64,000 nt of DNA from an uncultured Gammaproteobacteria bacterium (GTDB lineage: Bacteria; Pseudomonadota; Gammaproteobacteria; Steroidobacterales; Rariloculaceae). The notes beneath the pieces were generated by a model. It had not been told where the DNA came from, ran no database searches, and saw nothing but the letters and a program-made list of their open reading frames with translations. The position numbers and the translations under genes were made by a program. Positions 46,874 to 57,133 of this stretch are shown one piece after another (within the stretch, counting starts at the first letter, position 1; every line of letters begins with the position of its first letter). The DNA lies in the NCBI GenBank assembly GCA_964465375.1, contig CAYXIJ010000001.1:60060-124059 (forward strand), given 5' to 3'.

Positions 46874-49800
46874 TTGGGTAAAAAGAAAACTAACTTGCGT
46901 AACGATCTCCTTAAGCTCCCTCTACCAGAAATAGGTCACCCCAAGGTAACCTACAAAGGACTTTATGGTTCCGCCAAAGGCTTAGCTATTACTGAAGCTA
47001 TAGAAAATCACTCGGGGCCTGCGTGCATAGTCAGTGAGTCGGTCGGTGCAGCTGACAAGTTGCAGGGCGAACTCCAATTTTTCTGTCCTTCGAGATCTAT
47101 CCAAAAGTTCCCTGATTACGAGACACTACCTTATGACGCGTTCTCACCGCCCCAAAAACTTCTTGCCGAGCGCCTAGAGAGCCTTTATCAATTAGCAAAT
47201 GGAAAATGTGGAGTTGTAATTGCCGTAGGAGCGGCACTATTAAACCGCCTGCCACCGCGCGCCTTTCTTTTAAGTAAATCCATGATGCTAAGCGTTGGCG
47301 AGAAACTTAACTCCCAAGCCACTCGAGATACCTTAATTCAACAGGGCTATCTGCGTGTTGAGCAAGTGAAAGACCCAGGTGAATTTGCAGTGCGTGGTTC
47401 TTTATTAGATATCTATCCCACCGGAGCCCCAAGCCCAGTTCGGGTAGATTTATGCGATGAAGAAATTGAGAGTCTAAGAATCTTTGATCCCCATACCCAG
47501 CGAACAACCGGAAATGTAAAGCGTATTCGCATGCTGCCTGCGCGTGAGTTCCCATTCGATAAGAATGCCATTCAGTATTTTCGGCAAAACTTTAGAGATT
47601 ATTTTTCCGGAGAGCCAAGCCGGTCTTCCATTTACCGCGATATCTCAGAAGCTCATCTTCCCGCGGGCATCGAATACTACATCCCACTGTTCTTTAAGCG
47701 AACCCGCTCATTTCTCAATTATCTACCAAAAAAAACACTCATTATCTTGACAGAGGGAGCTATGGATGAACTGGAGGCTAGCTGGAACCTAATGCAAGAA
47801 CGCTACGAACGTCTGCATAAAAATCCGGAAAGGCCGATCCTAAGCCCAGAGGATGCTTTCTGGGAGCCTGGCCTAATAAAAAATCAAATCAAGAACCAAC
47901 TGACAATAGATATAAACCCAAGAAATCCGCCTACTGACCAAGGATTGGTATTTCCAGTCCATAGCACTCACCCAATGGGTGGAAGTGCAAACCTGGACCA
48001 AGACCCCATCTCTCGGTGGCTCACTCATGAACCGACAGAAAAAACCCTTGTTATTGCTTCCTCGGCAGGGCGCTGTGAAGTAACGCTCGCGTTACTTCTG
48101 GAGCGCGGACTCAAGCCCACTAAAGTGCAAAATTGGGCCGAGTTCACAGATGGGGTCTCGCCGCTAGCAATTGCTGTAGGGCAACTCACAGAAGGATTGC
48201 TCCTGCCAGAATCAAATCTGCGCATTGTGACGACGCAGCAACTGGGAATAGAAAAGCCCGAAAAACGCAGCCGGAGGCGAAGATCAGGTTGGCATGCAGG
48301 CGCCATCATTAGCGAACTCAGCGATTTACAAATAGGAGCGCCGGTTGTTCATGAAGAATATGGCATTGGTCGCTACCACGGCTTAGAGAATCTAGTAGTG
48401 GACGGCATGGTGACTGAGTTTTTACAGATAGAGTATGCAGGCGGAGATAAACTCTATGTTCCTGTTCATAGCCTGCACCTCGTATCTCGATACACTGGTA
48501 CAGCGCCGGATTTGGCACCACTGCACCGATTAGGATCTGATCAGTGGACCAAAGCGAAACGCAAAGCTGCATATCAGGCGAGAGATACAGCGGCGGAACT
48601 TCTCAATCTCTATGCGCAACGAGCCGCAAAAAAAGGTACTGCACTTCCCTTACTAGAAGATGCATACCAGCAGTTCTCTTCGCAGTTTTTGTTCGAGGAA
48701 ACAGATGATCAACTCGAGGCAATACAGCACGTTTTGAGTGACTTGCAGTCCGAGAAATCCATGGACAGAATTATTTGCGGGGACGTAGGCTTTGGTAAAA
48801 CTGAGGTCGCACTACGAGCAGCATTCGCTGTGGTTCACGCAGGGTATCAGGTTGCTGTTCTAGTACCTACAACGCTACTCGCCCAACAACACTACCGAAC
48901 ATTCACAGATAGATTTACTAATTGGGCAGCAAACGTAGAATTATTGTCACGATTCCGTAATAGAAAAGATACTAAAAAAGTTTTAAGCGGACTTGGTGAC
49001 GGTAGTATCGATATCGTTATTGGTACACACAAACTCCTGCAGGGCAAAGCACAATTTAAGCGTCTTGGTTTGGCAATCATTGATGAAGAGCATCGTTTTG
49101 GTGTCCAACACAAAGAGCAATTGAAAAAGCTTCGCGCTGAGGTTGATATCCTAACGATGACAGCGACCCCAATCCCCCGAACCCTCAACATGAGTTTAGG
49201 CGGACTTCGGGACCTTTCCCTAATTGCAACTCCGCCGGTCGACCGTATTTCTGTGAAAACTTTCGTCAGTGAATGGAGTGACCAAATAATTCAAGAGGCG
49301 GTGCTTCGGGAAATAAGGCGCGGAGGCCAAATATATTTTGTTCATAACCGAGTAGAAGATATTGAGCATGTCGCCGAAAAGGTGCGGAAACTGGTGCCTG
49401 AAGCCCAAATAAAGGTAGCTCATGGGCAGATGCCAGAGAAGGAACTAGAAAGAATCATGCTGGATTTCTACCATCAACGCTTCAATCTATTGCTATGCAG
49501 CACTATCATAGAAAGTGGCATAGATATACCCTCTGCGAATACAATTATTATTAATCGGGCCGACCGCCTAGGCCTTGCTCAACTACACCAGCTCCGAGGC
49601 CGTGTGGGGCGATCCTACCATCAGGCCTACGCGTATCTATTCGCACTATCACGCCGCACCTTAACTGCCGATGCAATCAAACGGCTAGAGGCCATCGAGG
49701 CACTCGAAGCACTAGGTTCCGGATTTACGCTAGCTACTCATGATCTTGAGATTCGCGGAGCTGGTGAGTTACTTGGTGAAGAGCAGAGCGGCCAAATACA

Positions 49801-50344
49801 GGCAATCGGTTTCACCCTGTACAACGAATTTTTAACGCGAGCAGTGAAATCTCTGCGGGCAGGCAAGGAGCCCGACCTTCTCGATCCCTACAGTCAGGTA
49901 CTGGAGCTTGATCTAGGGCTCACTGCCCTGATCCCCGATCATTACATACCAGATGTCCATATGCGCCTCGTACAGTATAAAAGAATCGCCAATGCAGACT
50001 CCCAAAAAGCCTTAAGGGAACTTCAGGTGGAATTTGTCGACCGCTTCGGACTCCTCCCGTCACCAACACGTACCTTATTTAAAATAACCCGACTCAAACT
50101 GCTAGCCCATCAACTCGGTGTGGCTAAAATACAGGCTGGTTTATCTGGAGGGCAAATACGTTTCGGAGAACATTCCACGATGGATCCGCTTGCACTTTTA
50201 AGCCTTGTAGAAGATCAATCCGAAGACTACCGTCTGAATGGGCCCTTTAAGCTACGTTTCAAGTGGGATCAAGTATTGGAAGAGGACCGTATCAGGGCAT
50301 TAGAAATGATACTGACCCGACTCGGTGCACATAAAACAAACTAG
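46874..50344 (+). CDS. mfd: transcription-repair coupling factor
   Basis: 1156 aa. The start codon is TTG in the track. Helicase motifs are present (DVGFGKTEVA, DEEHRFG), along with the TRG motif region and a C-terminal D7-like domain. Confidence 0.95.
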   Translation: MGKKKTNLRNDLLKLPLPEIGHPKVTYKGLYGSAKGLAITEAIENHSGPACIVSESVGAADKLQGELQFFCPSRSIQKFPDYETLPYDAFSPPQKLLAERLESLYQLANGKCGVVIAVGAALLNRLPPRAFLLSKSMMLSVGEKLNSQATRDTLIQQGYLRVEQVKDPGEFAVRGSLLDIYPTGAPSPVRVDLCDEEIESLRIFDPHTQRTTGNVKRIRMLPAREFPFDKNAIQYFRQNFRDYFSGEPSRSSIYRDISEAHLPAGIEYYIPLFFKRTRSFLNYLPKKTLIILTEGAMDELEASWNLMQERYERLHKNPERPILSPEDAFWEPGLIKNQIKNQLTIDINPRNPPTDQGLVFPVHSTHPMGGSANLDQDPISRWLTHEPTEKTLVIASSAGRCEVTLALLLERGLKPTKVQNWAEFTDGVSPLAIAVGQLTEGLLLPESNLRIVTTQQLGIEKPEKRSRRRRSGWHAGAIISELSDLQIGAPVVHEEYGIGRYHGLENLVVDGMVTEFLQIEYAGGDKLYVPVHSLHLVSRYTGTAPDLAPLHRLGSDQWTKAKRKAAYQARDTAAELLNLYAQRAAKKGTALPLLEDAYQQFSSQFLFEETDDQLEAIQHVLSDLQSEKSMDRIICGDVGFGKTEVALRAAFAVVHAGYQVAVLVPTTLLAQQHYRTFTDRFTNWAANVELLSRFRNRKDTKKVLSGLGDGSIDIVIGTHKLLQGKAQFKRLGLAIIDEEHRFGVQHKEQLKKLRAEVDILTMTATPIPRTLNMSLGGLRDLSLIATPPVDRISVKTFVSEWSDQIIQEAVLREIRRGGQIYFVHNRVEDIEHVAEKVRKLVPEAQIKVAHGQMPEKELERIMLDFYHQRFNLLLCSTIIESGIDIPSANTIIINRADRLGLAQLHQLRGRVGRSYHQAYAYLFALSRRTLTADAIKRLEAIEALEALGSGFTLATHDLEIRGAGELLGEEQSGQIQAIGFTLYNEFLTRAVKSLRAGKEPDLLDPYSQVLELDLGLTALIPDHYIPDVHMRLVQYKRIANADSQKALRELQVEFVDRFGLLPSPTRTLFKITRLKLLAHQLGVAKIQAGLSGGQIRFGEHSTMDPLALLSLVEDQSEDYRLNGPFKLRFKWDQVLEEDRIRALEMILTRLGAHKTN

Positions 50345-50363
50345 GCTCCGCTATAATAGCTCC

Positions 50364-51299
50364 ATGAGTGTATGTGTGCGCGTGTCCCTGTTATTTCTGG
50401 CTGTCGTAGCTCCCTGGGCGGCCGGGGTTGCACAACCGCCTACTTCTACCCAAGTGGGCCCACCTTTTGTTGAACCTTCAATAGAAGAATCTCAGCCGAG
50501 TTTGCCTATGTTTCAGGTGGAAATCATAGCGTTTGCCTATGGCCCCTTTGATCCGAGTGAGGAAGAGTTCCCAACTGGTCGCAAAGCGAATGCTAAAAAC
50601 ATTCTAAGCGAGAGTGTGCGTAGGGTCCCTTCGTTTGGCCTGAATGACCAAACGATGGAAAATTTGTTCGGCCCCACACCCCAGACTGCATCTGAAGAGT
50701 TGCTAGGTGAGTTTGAAATTCTTCTAAAAAATCAGCTTACTAGGACCGAAACAATAGAGCGAATCGAAGCGGAAGAGGCTGTAGAAACAACGGATAACGA
50801 TGCGCCCAAAGAGCTCAAGATTCAGCTGACCGAGTTTTCGATGGAGCCACGCCAGAATACTAAAAAGCTGCCTCGGTTCCGGCTATTGCAACCCGATGAA
50901 TTAGAGTTGACAGGTTCATACGCAAGACTCAGAGCAATTGACGCTTATACGCCGTTATTCCACAGCGGGTGGGTACAGGAAGGACCGCCAGAAGAAGAAG
51001 CGCAACCCGTCGATGTTACTCTTCTGGGCTCTACTAACCCGAAGGGAACAATAACGCTTTACCTTAGTCGATTCCTGCACCTGATCATCGATCTCAGGTA
51101 TTACGTCGAAACATGGCGGCCGCCGAGCACGCTTCCTACCCAGACAGAGCTTAAAGAGCTGGAGCTGGTACCGCGTTATGAGCTTGTTCTTGAGCGGCGC
51201 ATTCGAAGTGGCCAATTAAACTATTTTGACCATCCGGCGTTTGGTGTTCTGGTGGTCATCCGGCCTCATCCGGAGGAACTGGAAGAGCCGGCAGCTTAG
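50364..51299 (+). CDS. CsiV-like (DUF2803) periplasmic peptidoglycan-binding protein
   Basis: Signal peptide MSVCVRVSLLFLAVVAPWAAGVAQ. Contains FQVEIIAF and the C-terminal LNYFDHPAFGVLVVIRP. It sits directly downstream of mfd, as I recall for Vibrio csiV. Assigned from memory only. Confidence 0.5.
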   Translation: MSVCVRVSLLFLAVVAPWAAGVAQPPTSTQVGPPFVEPSIEESQPSLPMFQVEIIAFAYGPFDPSEEEFPTGRKANAKNILSESVRRVPSFGLNDQTMENLFGPTPQTASEELLGEFEILLKNQLTRTETIERIEAEEAVETTDNDAPKELKIQLTEFSMEPRQNTKKLPRFRLLQPDELELTGSYARLRAIDAYTPLFHSGWVQEGPPEEEAQPVDVTLLGSTNPKGTITLYLSRFLHLIIDLRYYVETWRPPSTLPTQTELKELELVPRYELVLERRIRSGQLNYFDHPAFGVLVVIRPHPEELEEPAA

Positions 51300-51527
51300 G
51301 GATTCGCGTCAAACTGGAAAAGGAACCTCTTCGGTGTAATCCCCCACCTTCATTATTGAATGTTCGCGAGTAGACCATACTTTTCATATAGTCTCTTATG
51401 ACACTCTTGTTGTTTCTCGGCATCGGCATTGCATTGAGTATGATCTATACCACCGAAACAGCTTATCTTTTTTTGGCGGCAAGGATATAACTTCACTATT
51501 CCCCATCTCACATTTCAACATGTAAGC

Positions 51528-52544
51528 TTATTCATTCTTCAAGATACCAATACGTTTATTTGCTTCTCGCCAGAAATCAGATGCACGCAATGCATTCCAT
51601 GACCTACAGTCACGCCCCCTAAGGTTCGTCATGATTTCACAGTCACTTTCATAGTAAGCCAGATGATCAATAACCCCGGAGATCTCGTCCGGTGAATTAC
51701 AGAGTAAGACCATGTCAGCACCTGCATTGAGCGTGGCCTCGGCCCTTTGCCCAAAAGAACCAGAACCGGCAGCGCCCGCCATAGCAATATCATCGGAAAT
51801 CACTACACCCCCAAAACCCATCTGGACTTTTAAGTGCCCCTTAATCCAGTAACTGGAGCAGCTGGCAGGCCGGGCATCAATCTCCGGGAACTGAACGTGG
51901 CCCAACATAACACCCTCAATGCCTGCTTTAATTAAATGCTGGTAGGGAACCAGGTCATCAGATAGTCCATCCAAAGACCGGTGGTCTATTGGAAGTTGCT
52001 CATGGGAATCCGCAGCAACACCAGCGTGACTCGGAAAATGCTTTGCAATTACACACATCCCAGCGCGATGCATGCCTGTAGCGACTTGTAGGGCGAGTTT
52101 GCTCACGGCCTCTGTTTCACGGTGCAGTGCCCGATCGCCGATCACTTCTGCTAAACCACGATCAAGATCAACAACCGGAGCAAAGCTGATGTCTACCCCC
52201 ATGGCCCTCAACTCTGAAGCCATTATCCAGCCAAATAAATGGGCCACTTCCAGTGCCTGACTAGTATCTTTGTTATAAAGGCGACCCAGACTCGCCATGG
52301 GTGGCAACACTGTGAAAGGTTCGCGGAAGCGCTGGACACGGCCACCCTCCTGATCGACAGCGATAAGTAGCGCCGGGTCACGAATATTATGAATCTCATC
52401 TACCAGGTAACGAAGTTGTTTTAAGTCAACGAAATTGCGACCGAACAGGATCACCCCACCTACCATGGGCTCCTGTAGCCACACCTGCTCCTGCTTAGAA
52501 AGCGAAGTGCCCTTGAGATCAATCATTAGCGGACCTAGCGACAT
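51528..52544 (-). CDS. nagZ: beta-N-acetylhexosaminidase NagZ (GH3)
   Basis: MSLGPLMIDLKGTSL, VDQEGGRVQRF and KHFPSHAG. An alternative start at 52568 would overlap the upstream ldt gene. Confidence 0.92.
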   Translation of the reverse strand: MSLGPLMIDLKGTSLSKQEQVWLQEPMVGGVILFGRNFVDLKQLRYLVDEIHNIRDPALLIAVDQEGGRVQRFREPFTVLPPMASLGRLYNKDTSQALEVAHLFGWIMASELRAMGVDISFAPVVDLDRGLAEVIGDRALHRETEAVSKLALQVATGMHRAGMCVIAKHFPSHAGVAADSHEQLPIDHRSLDGLSDDLVPYQHLIKAGIEGVMLGHVQFPEIDARPASCSSYWIKGHLKVQMGFGGVVISDDIAMAGAAGSGSFGQRAEATLNAGADMVLLCNSPDEISGVIDHLAYYESDCEIMTNLRGRDCRSWNALRASDFWREANKRIGILKNE

Positions 52545-52554
52545 GGCATCCCTG

Positions 52555-53073
52555 TCAGCTGATTTCAACGCTCATGCCGACTTCAACCCAATCAAAAAGT
52601 TTAAGTATTTCTTGGTTACTCATCCGGATACAGCCAATCGAACGCGGCTCGCCCAGAAATTTAGATGACGGGGTGCCATGGATGTAGATATAACGCCTCA
52701 TGGTGTCTACATTACCCAGTCGATTCCACCCCACCTCGGTTCCTGATAGCCATAATATTCTGGTTAGAATCCAGTCCTGATCGGGCTCGGATCGGGCCAG
52801 CTCATCAGAGTAAAGCTCACCGGTAGGCCGTCGCCCCCTGAATACAGTACCAAGGGGCTGACCTGAGCCGATTTTGGCGCGAATGATATGTTGCCCGCGT
52901 GGTGTTTTTAGGCTGCCAGAAATCTCGCCAGGCCCGTACTTCGATGTAGACACTGGAAAGCGCTCAATGACCTGCCCCTCACTTACGAGCTCCAAGCGCT
53001 GACTTGCAAGATCAACATGAATATTACGATTGTCCTGAATCACGGACAATATCATAGCAGTGCCATATATCAC
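52555..53073 (-). CDS. L,D-transpeptidase (YkuD) family protein, small, with no obvious signal peptide
   Basis: 172 aa with the catalytic motif IHGTPSSKFLGEPRSIGCIRM. Confidence 0.8.
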   Translation of the reverse strand: MIYGTAMILSVIQDNRNIHVDLASQRLELVSEGQVIERFPVSTSKYGPGEISGSLKTPRGQHIIRAKIGSGQPLGTVFRGRRPTGELYSDELARSEPDQDWILTRILWLSGTEVGWNRLGNVDTMRRYIYIHGTPSSKFLGEPRSIGCIRMSNQEILKLFDWVEVGMSVEIS

Positions 53074-53139
53074 TCGGGCGCATTGCCCTAATTCTTTTCT
53101 GCCTAGAAAATTAATCCATCAGTCAGGTCGCGAGCTAAA

Positions 53140-54438
53140 TCAACGCTCAAAGAAGGCCATAGCCTCTACGTGGTGAGTATGCGGAAACATGTCTACTACG
53201 ACTGCTGTACGCATCCGGTAACCTTGTGAGGTAACTAATTTTTCTGCATCCCGTGCCAGCGTTGCAGGGTGGCACGAAATATAAAGAATACCTCGTGGAT
53301 TCATTTGGCCTATCTGTTCCACGACTACCTGAGCCCCAGAGCGCGGGGGATCCAACACCACCAAATCCCAGTGCTCCCTCATAAAGCTCCACTCTGACTG
53401 ATTTAAATCTCCACTCAAAAAACGGGTATTCCCTAAACCATTCAGTTGAGCATTGCGCACCGCCCGGGCTACCAGGCCGGCCTCCGCTTCTACACCTGTT
53501 ACCTGGCTTGCGCGCTGCGCTAAAGGCAAGCTTAAGTTACCGAGACCACTGTATAGATCAAGTACTCGATCCGAAGGTCCGACATTAAGTAGACCCAGAG
53601 CCTGCTCCACCATAGTTGCATTGACTGCAGCGTTTACTTGAATGAAATCCGTAGGCGCAAACTCGAACCGCAGATCCAGCGCCTCAAGACAGTAATCAAG
53701 GATTCTCACCTGATCAGGCTCCAAGGCCCTAACTGTACCCGGTCCCCCACTTTGGATGTAAACATCTACATTGTTCCTTCTGCCAAATTCGCAAAATGCA
53801 TTCTTGTCAGCCTCGGTTGGTGGATCCAATGCGCGAAGCACCATGGCTGCAGCACTATCCCCAACCGCAATCTCCACCTGGGGCAAACGGCGCTTTACAG
53901 TAGAAGTCCCGATGAGTGTAGCCAGCCCACCTAAAAGCTTGTCAAACGGAACAGCCAAAACACTACAATGGGCCATATCCGTCAAAAGACGGGTGGCACG
54001 CTCTTTAAACCCCACCAGAACACGCCCCTTGCCTTCGACATACCGGACTCCCAGGCGGGCTTTGCGGCGGTAATTCCATTGCGGGCCTTGTATGGGAGTA
54101 AGCCATTCCTCGGGCTCCATGCCACCTATCCTGAGAAAAGCCTCCCGGACGCTAGCCTCCTTAAGGCGTAGTTGGGCAAGCGGATCCAGATGCTGTAACA
54201 CGCATCCACCACATCGACCAAAATACTCACAAGGGGGAACGACTCTCTCCGCAGCAGGCTCGAGAATCTCCACAAGATCTGCTTGCTGATATTGACGTCG
54301 CCTCTTTCGCGGCGCAAGAAGAACTCGCTCGGTTGGAAGGCAGCCCGGGACAAAATACCGCCTTCCATCCAGATCCGCGATACCAAGACCATCATGGGTC
54401 AGATCAATAATTCTAGCTTCCAGGGTAGTAGAGCTCAT
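53140..54438 (-). CDS. rlmD: 23S rRNA (uracil1939-C5)-methyltransferase RlmD
   Basis: TRAM domain, 4Fe-4S Cys cluster (CEYFGRCGGCVLQH), SAM motif (LDLYSGLGN) and a C-terminal nucleophile region. The start is trimmed to MSSTTLEARI. Confidence 0.9.
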   Translation of the reverse strand: MSSTTLEARIIDLTHDGLGIADLDGRRYFVPGCLPTERVLLAPRKRRRQYQQADLVEILEPAAERVVPPCEYFGRCGGCVLQHLDPLAQLRLKEASVREAFLRIGGMEPEEWLTPIQGPQWNYRRKARLGVRYVEGKGRVLVGFKERATRLLTDMAHCSVLAVPFDKLLGGLATLIGTSTVKRRLPQVEIAVGDSAAAMVLRALDPPTEADKNAFCEFGRRNNVDVYIQSGGPGTVRALEPDQVRILDYCLEALDLRFEFAPTDFIQVNAAVNATMVEQALGLLNVGPSDRVLDLYSGLGNLSLPLAQRASQVTGVEAEAGLVARAVRNAQLNGLGNTRFLSGDLNQSEWSFMREHWDLVVLDPPRSGAQVVVEQIGQMNPRGILYISCHPATLARDAEKLVTSQGYRMRTAVVVDMFPHTHHVEAMAFFER

Positions 54439-54487
54439 ATCACATATTATTCTTAGAGGAGAGTTGCTTACAAAGAGCAACGGATCT

Positions 54488-55267
54488 TTACTTGCACCCA
54501 GAATGCCAAGCCGAAAGAAATATACTGATATGCGAGCCCTTCATCTCGGATAGTTTCGTGTTGAGTAGCTTGACTTCCGATTGATACCGGGACTGATCTA
54601 ATAAGCCACGCATGAGCTGAAAACGAAGATAAATTAAATAGGTGTTTAGGACATCAATCTCACAGTAGTCACGAATGGCAGCTACCTTGCCACTCTGATA
54701 GGTATCCCACACTTGATCTCCACTCATTCCAAGTTTTCCCGGCAACCCAAGAAGCATCGCGACCTGCTCGAGAGAACTACGGCCACCGAAATTATATCCA
54801 GACAGTACATCCATGAGATCTAGATGGCGCCAGTGAAACCGATTCAGATAATTGTTAAAACGAAACTCACGATCCTTATCACCGATTTCCCAGTAGTACT
54901 CAGCTGTAACGCCATACTTGAGCGCCCGATAGTGCAAAACAGGGAGATCAAAGCCAGTACCATTCCACGATACCAATTCAGGGCTATAGCGCTCAAGACC
55001 TTCAAAAAAACGCTCTACGATCTGCTTCTCTGTTTCCTGGCCCTCAGTCAAGCTAAAAAGACGGAGTCCCTCCTTGGTCCTCAGTAAGGCTGAAACCACT
55101 ACGATCCGGTGCTGAACCAAAGGTAAAAAATTAGTTTTTCGCGCTTGGCGTTGCTTGAAGTACATGACCTTCGCGACCGAATCATCATCCAAGCCCTCTA
55201 GGTTATAGTGGCGTCTCCCAAACTCTATGTCAGGGACAGTTTCAATATCGAATATTAGGGTATTCAG
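54488..55267 (-). CDS. PolB-exonuclease-like 3'-5' exonuclease (RNase H-like fold) with a probable CTG start
   Basis: The track ORF starts at TTG 55192. The same frame stays open 25 codons further upstream and encodes [25 protein letters not shown], which carries the Exo I D-x-E motif. AGGGAG lies 6 nt before CTG 55267. The later segment WNGTGFDLPVLHYRALKYG fits the family. Confidence 0.7.
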   Translation of the reverse strand: MNTLIFDIETVPDIEFGRRHYNLEGLDDDSVAKVMYFKQRQARKTNFLPLVQHRIVVVSALLRTKEGLRLFSLTEGQETEKQIVERFFEGLERYSPELVSWNGTGFDLPVLHYRALKYGVTAEYYWEIGDKDREFRFNNYLNRFHWRHLDLMDVLSGYNFGGRSSLEQVAMLLGLPGKLGMSGDQVWDTYQSGKVAAIRDYCEIDVLNTYLIYLRFQLMRGLLDQSRYQSEVKLLNTKLSEMKGSHISIFLSAWHSGCK

Positions 55268-55662
55268 ATTGAACTCCCTTTTTCATTTCCCAGCAACACA
55301 GCAACCGCCACAACCAACCCAGCTTCATCGGCAAGAGTCAGGTGCCCTCCAGTAACTCCCAGTTGCTCACACATAGCCTCACCTCTAGGTGAATAGACAA
55401 TCTGGGGTTGCCCCCAATCATTAGGCACCATGCCGACATCACGAATCCACATTCCATGAGAGAAACCAGTCCCCATTGCCTTTACTACTGCCTCCTTTGC
55501 GGCAAAACGCATCGCCAAAAAACGTGCTGGTTTTTTACTTTTTTTAAAATGCTCAACCTCTTTGCTTAACAATAAGCGATTCGCAAAATGAAATCCGAAG
55601 CGCTCCCAGATTCTTTCCACACGGGTGACCTGCACAACATCGGTCCCGATTCCTAATATCAC
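55264..55662 (-). CDS. acpS: holo-[acyl-carrier-protein] synthase
   Basis: 132 aa: [10 protein letters not shown]...RFAAKEA..KA.G. Confidence 0.93.
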   Translation of the reverse strand: MILGIGTDVVQVTRVERIWERFGFHFANRLLLSKEVEHFKKSKKPARFLAMRFAAKEAVVKAMGTGFSHGMWIRDVGMVPNDWGQPQIVYSPRGEAMCEQLGVTGGHLTLADEAGLVVAVAVLLGNEKGSSI

Positions 55663-56402
55663 GATCGGCCTGCTTCTAACATGAGGGCCTTCATTCTAGC
55701 AACTGCTCGCGCCAGTCCTTCAAAGACAGCCTCAGCAATAATAGAGTGCCCGATATTGAGCTCTATAATTTGTGGGATAGAAGCAACCGGCTGGACGTTC
55801 TCATAATGAAGTCCATGTCCGGCATGTACAGCCATACCTAATTTATCCGCATAAGCTGCTCCCAACCTGATGCGCTCCAATTCTGCAGCCCGGACCTCCT
55901 CCCCAATCGCATCTGCATATTTTCCCGTATGCAACTCTATAGCCCCCGCACCACATTCCAGGCTCGCATCTAGCTGTTCTGGCTCTGGGTCAACAAACAA
56001 AGATACCCTGATTCCACTTTTCTGTAGTCGTTGGCAGGCAACAGCAATTTTTGAGCGCTGTGAAATAACATCCAGTCCACCCTCAGTGGTTAGTTCTGCG
56101 CGCCGTTCAGGAACAAGACAGCAATCTGAAGGTTTTATCTCGCAAGCAATCGAAAGCATTTCATCTGTTACCGCCATTTCCAAATTAACACGGCTCTGGA
56201 TATTCTTAACCATAAGCTCAATATCTTGATCGACAATGTGGCGACGATCTTCCCGCAAGTGAACAGTAATACTGTCAGCACCCGATTGTTCGGCTAATAA
56301 AGCTGCGCTCAGAGGATCTGGGTAACTTGTGCCGCGTGCCTGCCTAAGTGTGGCAACATGATCCACATTCACGCCTAACAGGATAGGCTCGGCTATACTC
56401 AC
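55659..56402 (-). CDS. pdxJ: pyridoxine 5'-phosphate synthase
   Basis: 247 aa: [16 protein letters not shown]...[12 protein letters not shown]...IELHTG. Confidence 0.95.
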   Translation of the reverse strand: MSIAEPILLGVNVDHVATLRQARGTSYPDPLSAALLAEQSGADSITVHLREDRRHIVDQDIELMVKNIQSRVNLEMAVTDEMLSIACEIKPSDCCLVPERRAELTTEGGLDVISQRSKIAVACQRLQKSGIRVSLFVDPEPEQLDASLECGAGAIELHTGKYADAIGEEVRAAELERIRLGAAYADKLGMAVHAGHGLHYENVQPVASIPQIIELNIGHSIIAEAVFEGLARAVARMKALMLEAGRS

Positions 56403-57133
56403 AGCTCTAGTCCTTTTCCAAAGAGCTCACTCAGAACCATTCGGGTTCTAAGTGGTCGCTCACCCAAGTATAGTTGTAACACTCTTTGCAGTAATCGCTT
56501 TGCTGCTTTAAGGCTTTTCTTGTCATCTAGCATCTCTTCACGAAGCGCGATTAAATCCCTTCCAAAAAAAACGTCCGCTCCCTCTGTCCTCTCCTGGCAA
56601 ATCACTGGCCCCCTCTCCAACTCAAAAAAATAATAAGTCTCTGGCTGAATCGATAATCCATTATCAACCTCATGATCCAAATTAAGTTCATACCCCAAGG
56701 CCTTCAAGAGTTGAAACTCAAAAAGTCTGAGAGGCCTTTCCACATCATGACCTACCGCTAATTCAGCTAAGCATCGACTATAGCAAGAAAAGGCCTCAGG
56801 ATTGGGATCTCCGCGAGCTAGGAGCCTTAGTAAAAGTTCATTAAGGTAAAAACCGGCCATCAGTTGTTTGCCAGCAAAATCGAATGCTTGGGCCCGACCT
56901 TCCAAGTGAGTCAATTTTCCAAGCTCGCTACGTCTGATCCAAGAAAGCACTAAAGGTACAAAAGGTTGCAATATGGCGCGATGTGCAGCTTTGGGGCGCC
57001 TAACTCCTTGGGCAACCAGTGAAATTAAACCATGATTTTCTGTCAAAAAATCAATTATTCGGCTGGTATTTTGATAGGCTCGGTGGTGAAGTACATAACC
57101 TGACTCCAGCTCAACAATCTCCCTTTGACTCAT
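56399..57133 (-). CDS. recO: DNA repair protein RecO
   Basis: 244 aa in era-recO-pdxJ synteny, with 4-nt overlaps on both sides. Confidence 0.88.
   Translation of the reverse strand: MSQREIVELESGYVLHHRAYQNTSRIIDFLTENHGLISLVAQGVRRPKAAHRAILQPFVPLVLSWIRRSELGKLTHLEGRAQAFDFAGKQLMAGFYLNELLLRLLARGDPNPEAFSCYSRCLAELAVGHDVERPLRLFEFQLLKALGYELNLDHEVDNGLSIQPETYYFFELERGPVICQERTEGADVFFGRDLIALREEMLDDKKSLKAAKRLLQRVLQLYLGERPLRTRMVLSELFGKGLEL

Noticed and set aside
51398-51490. A 30-codon hydrophobic mini-ORF (MTLLLFLGIGIALSMIYTTETAYLFLAARI) in the csiV-nagZ convergent intergenic region. Coordinates are accurate to within about 1 nt.
   Set aside because: It has no recognisable SD and there is no way to test conservation here. 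It could be a real small membrane protein, but it is unsupported.
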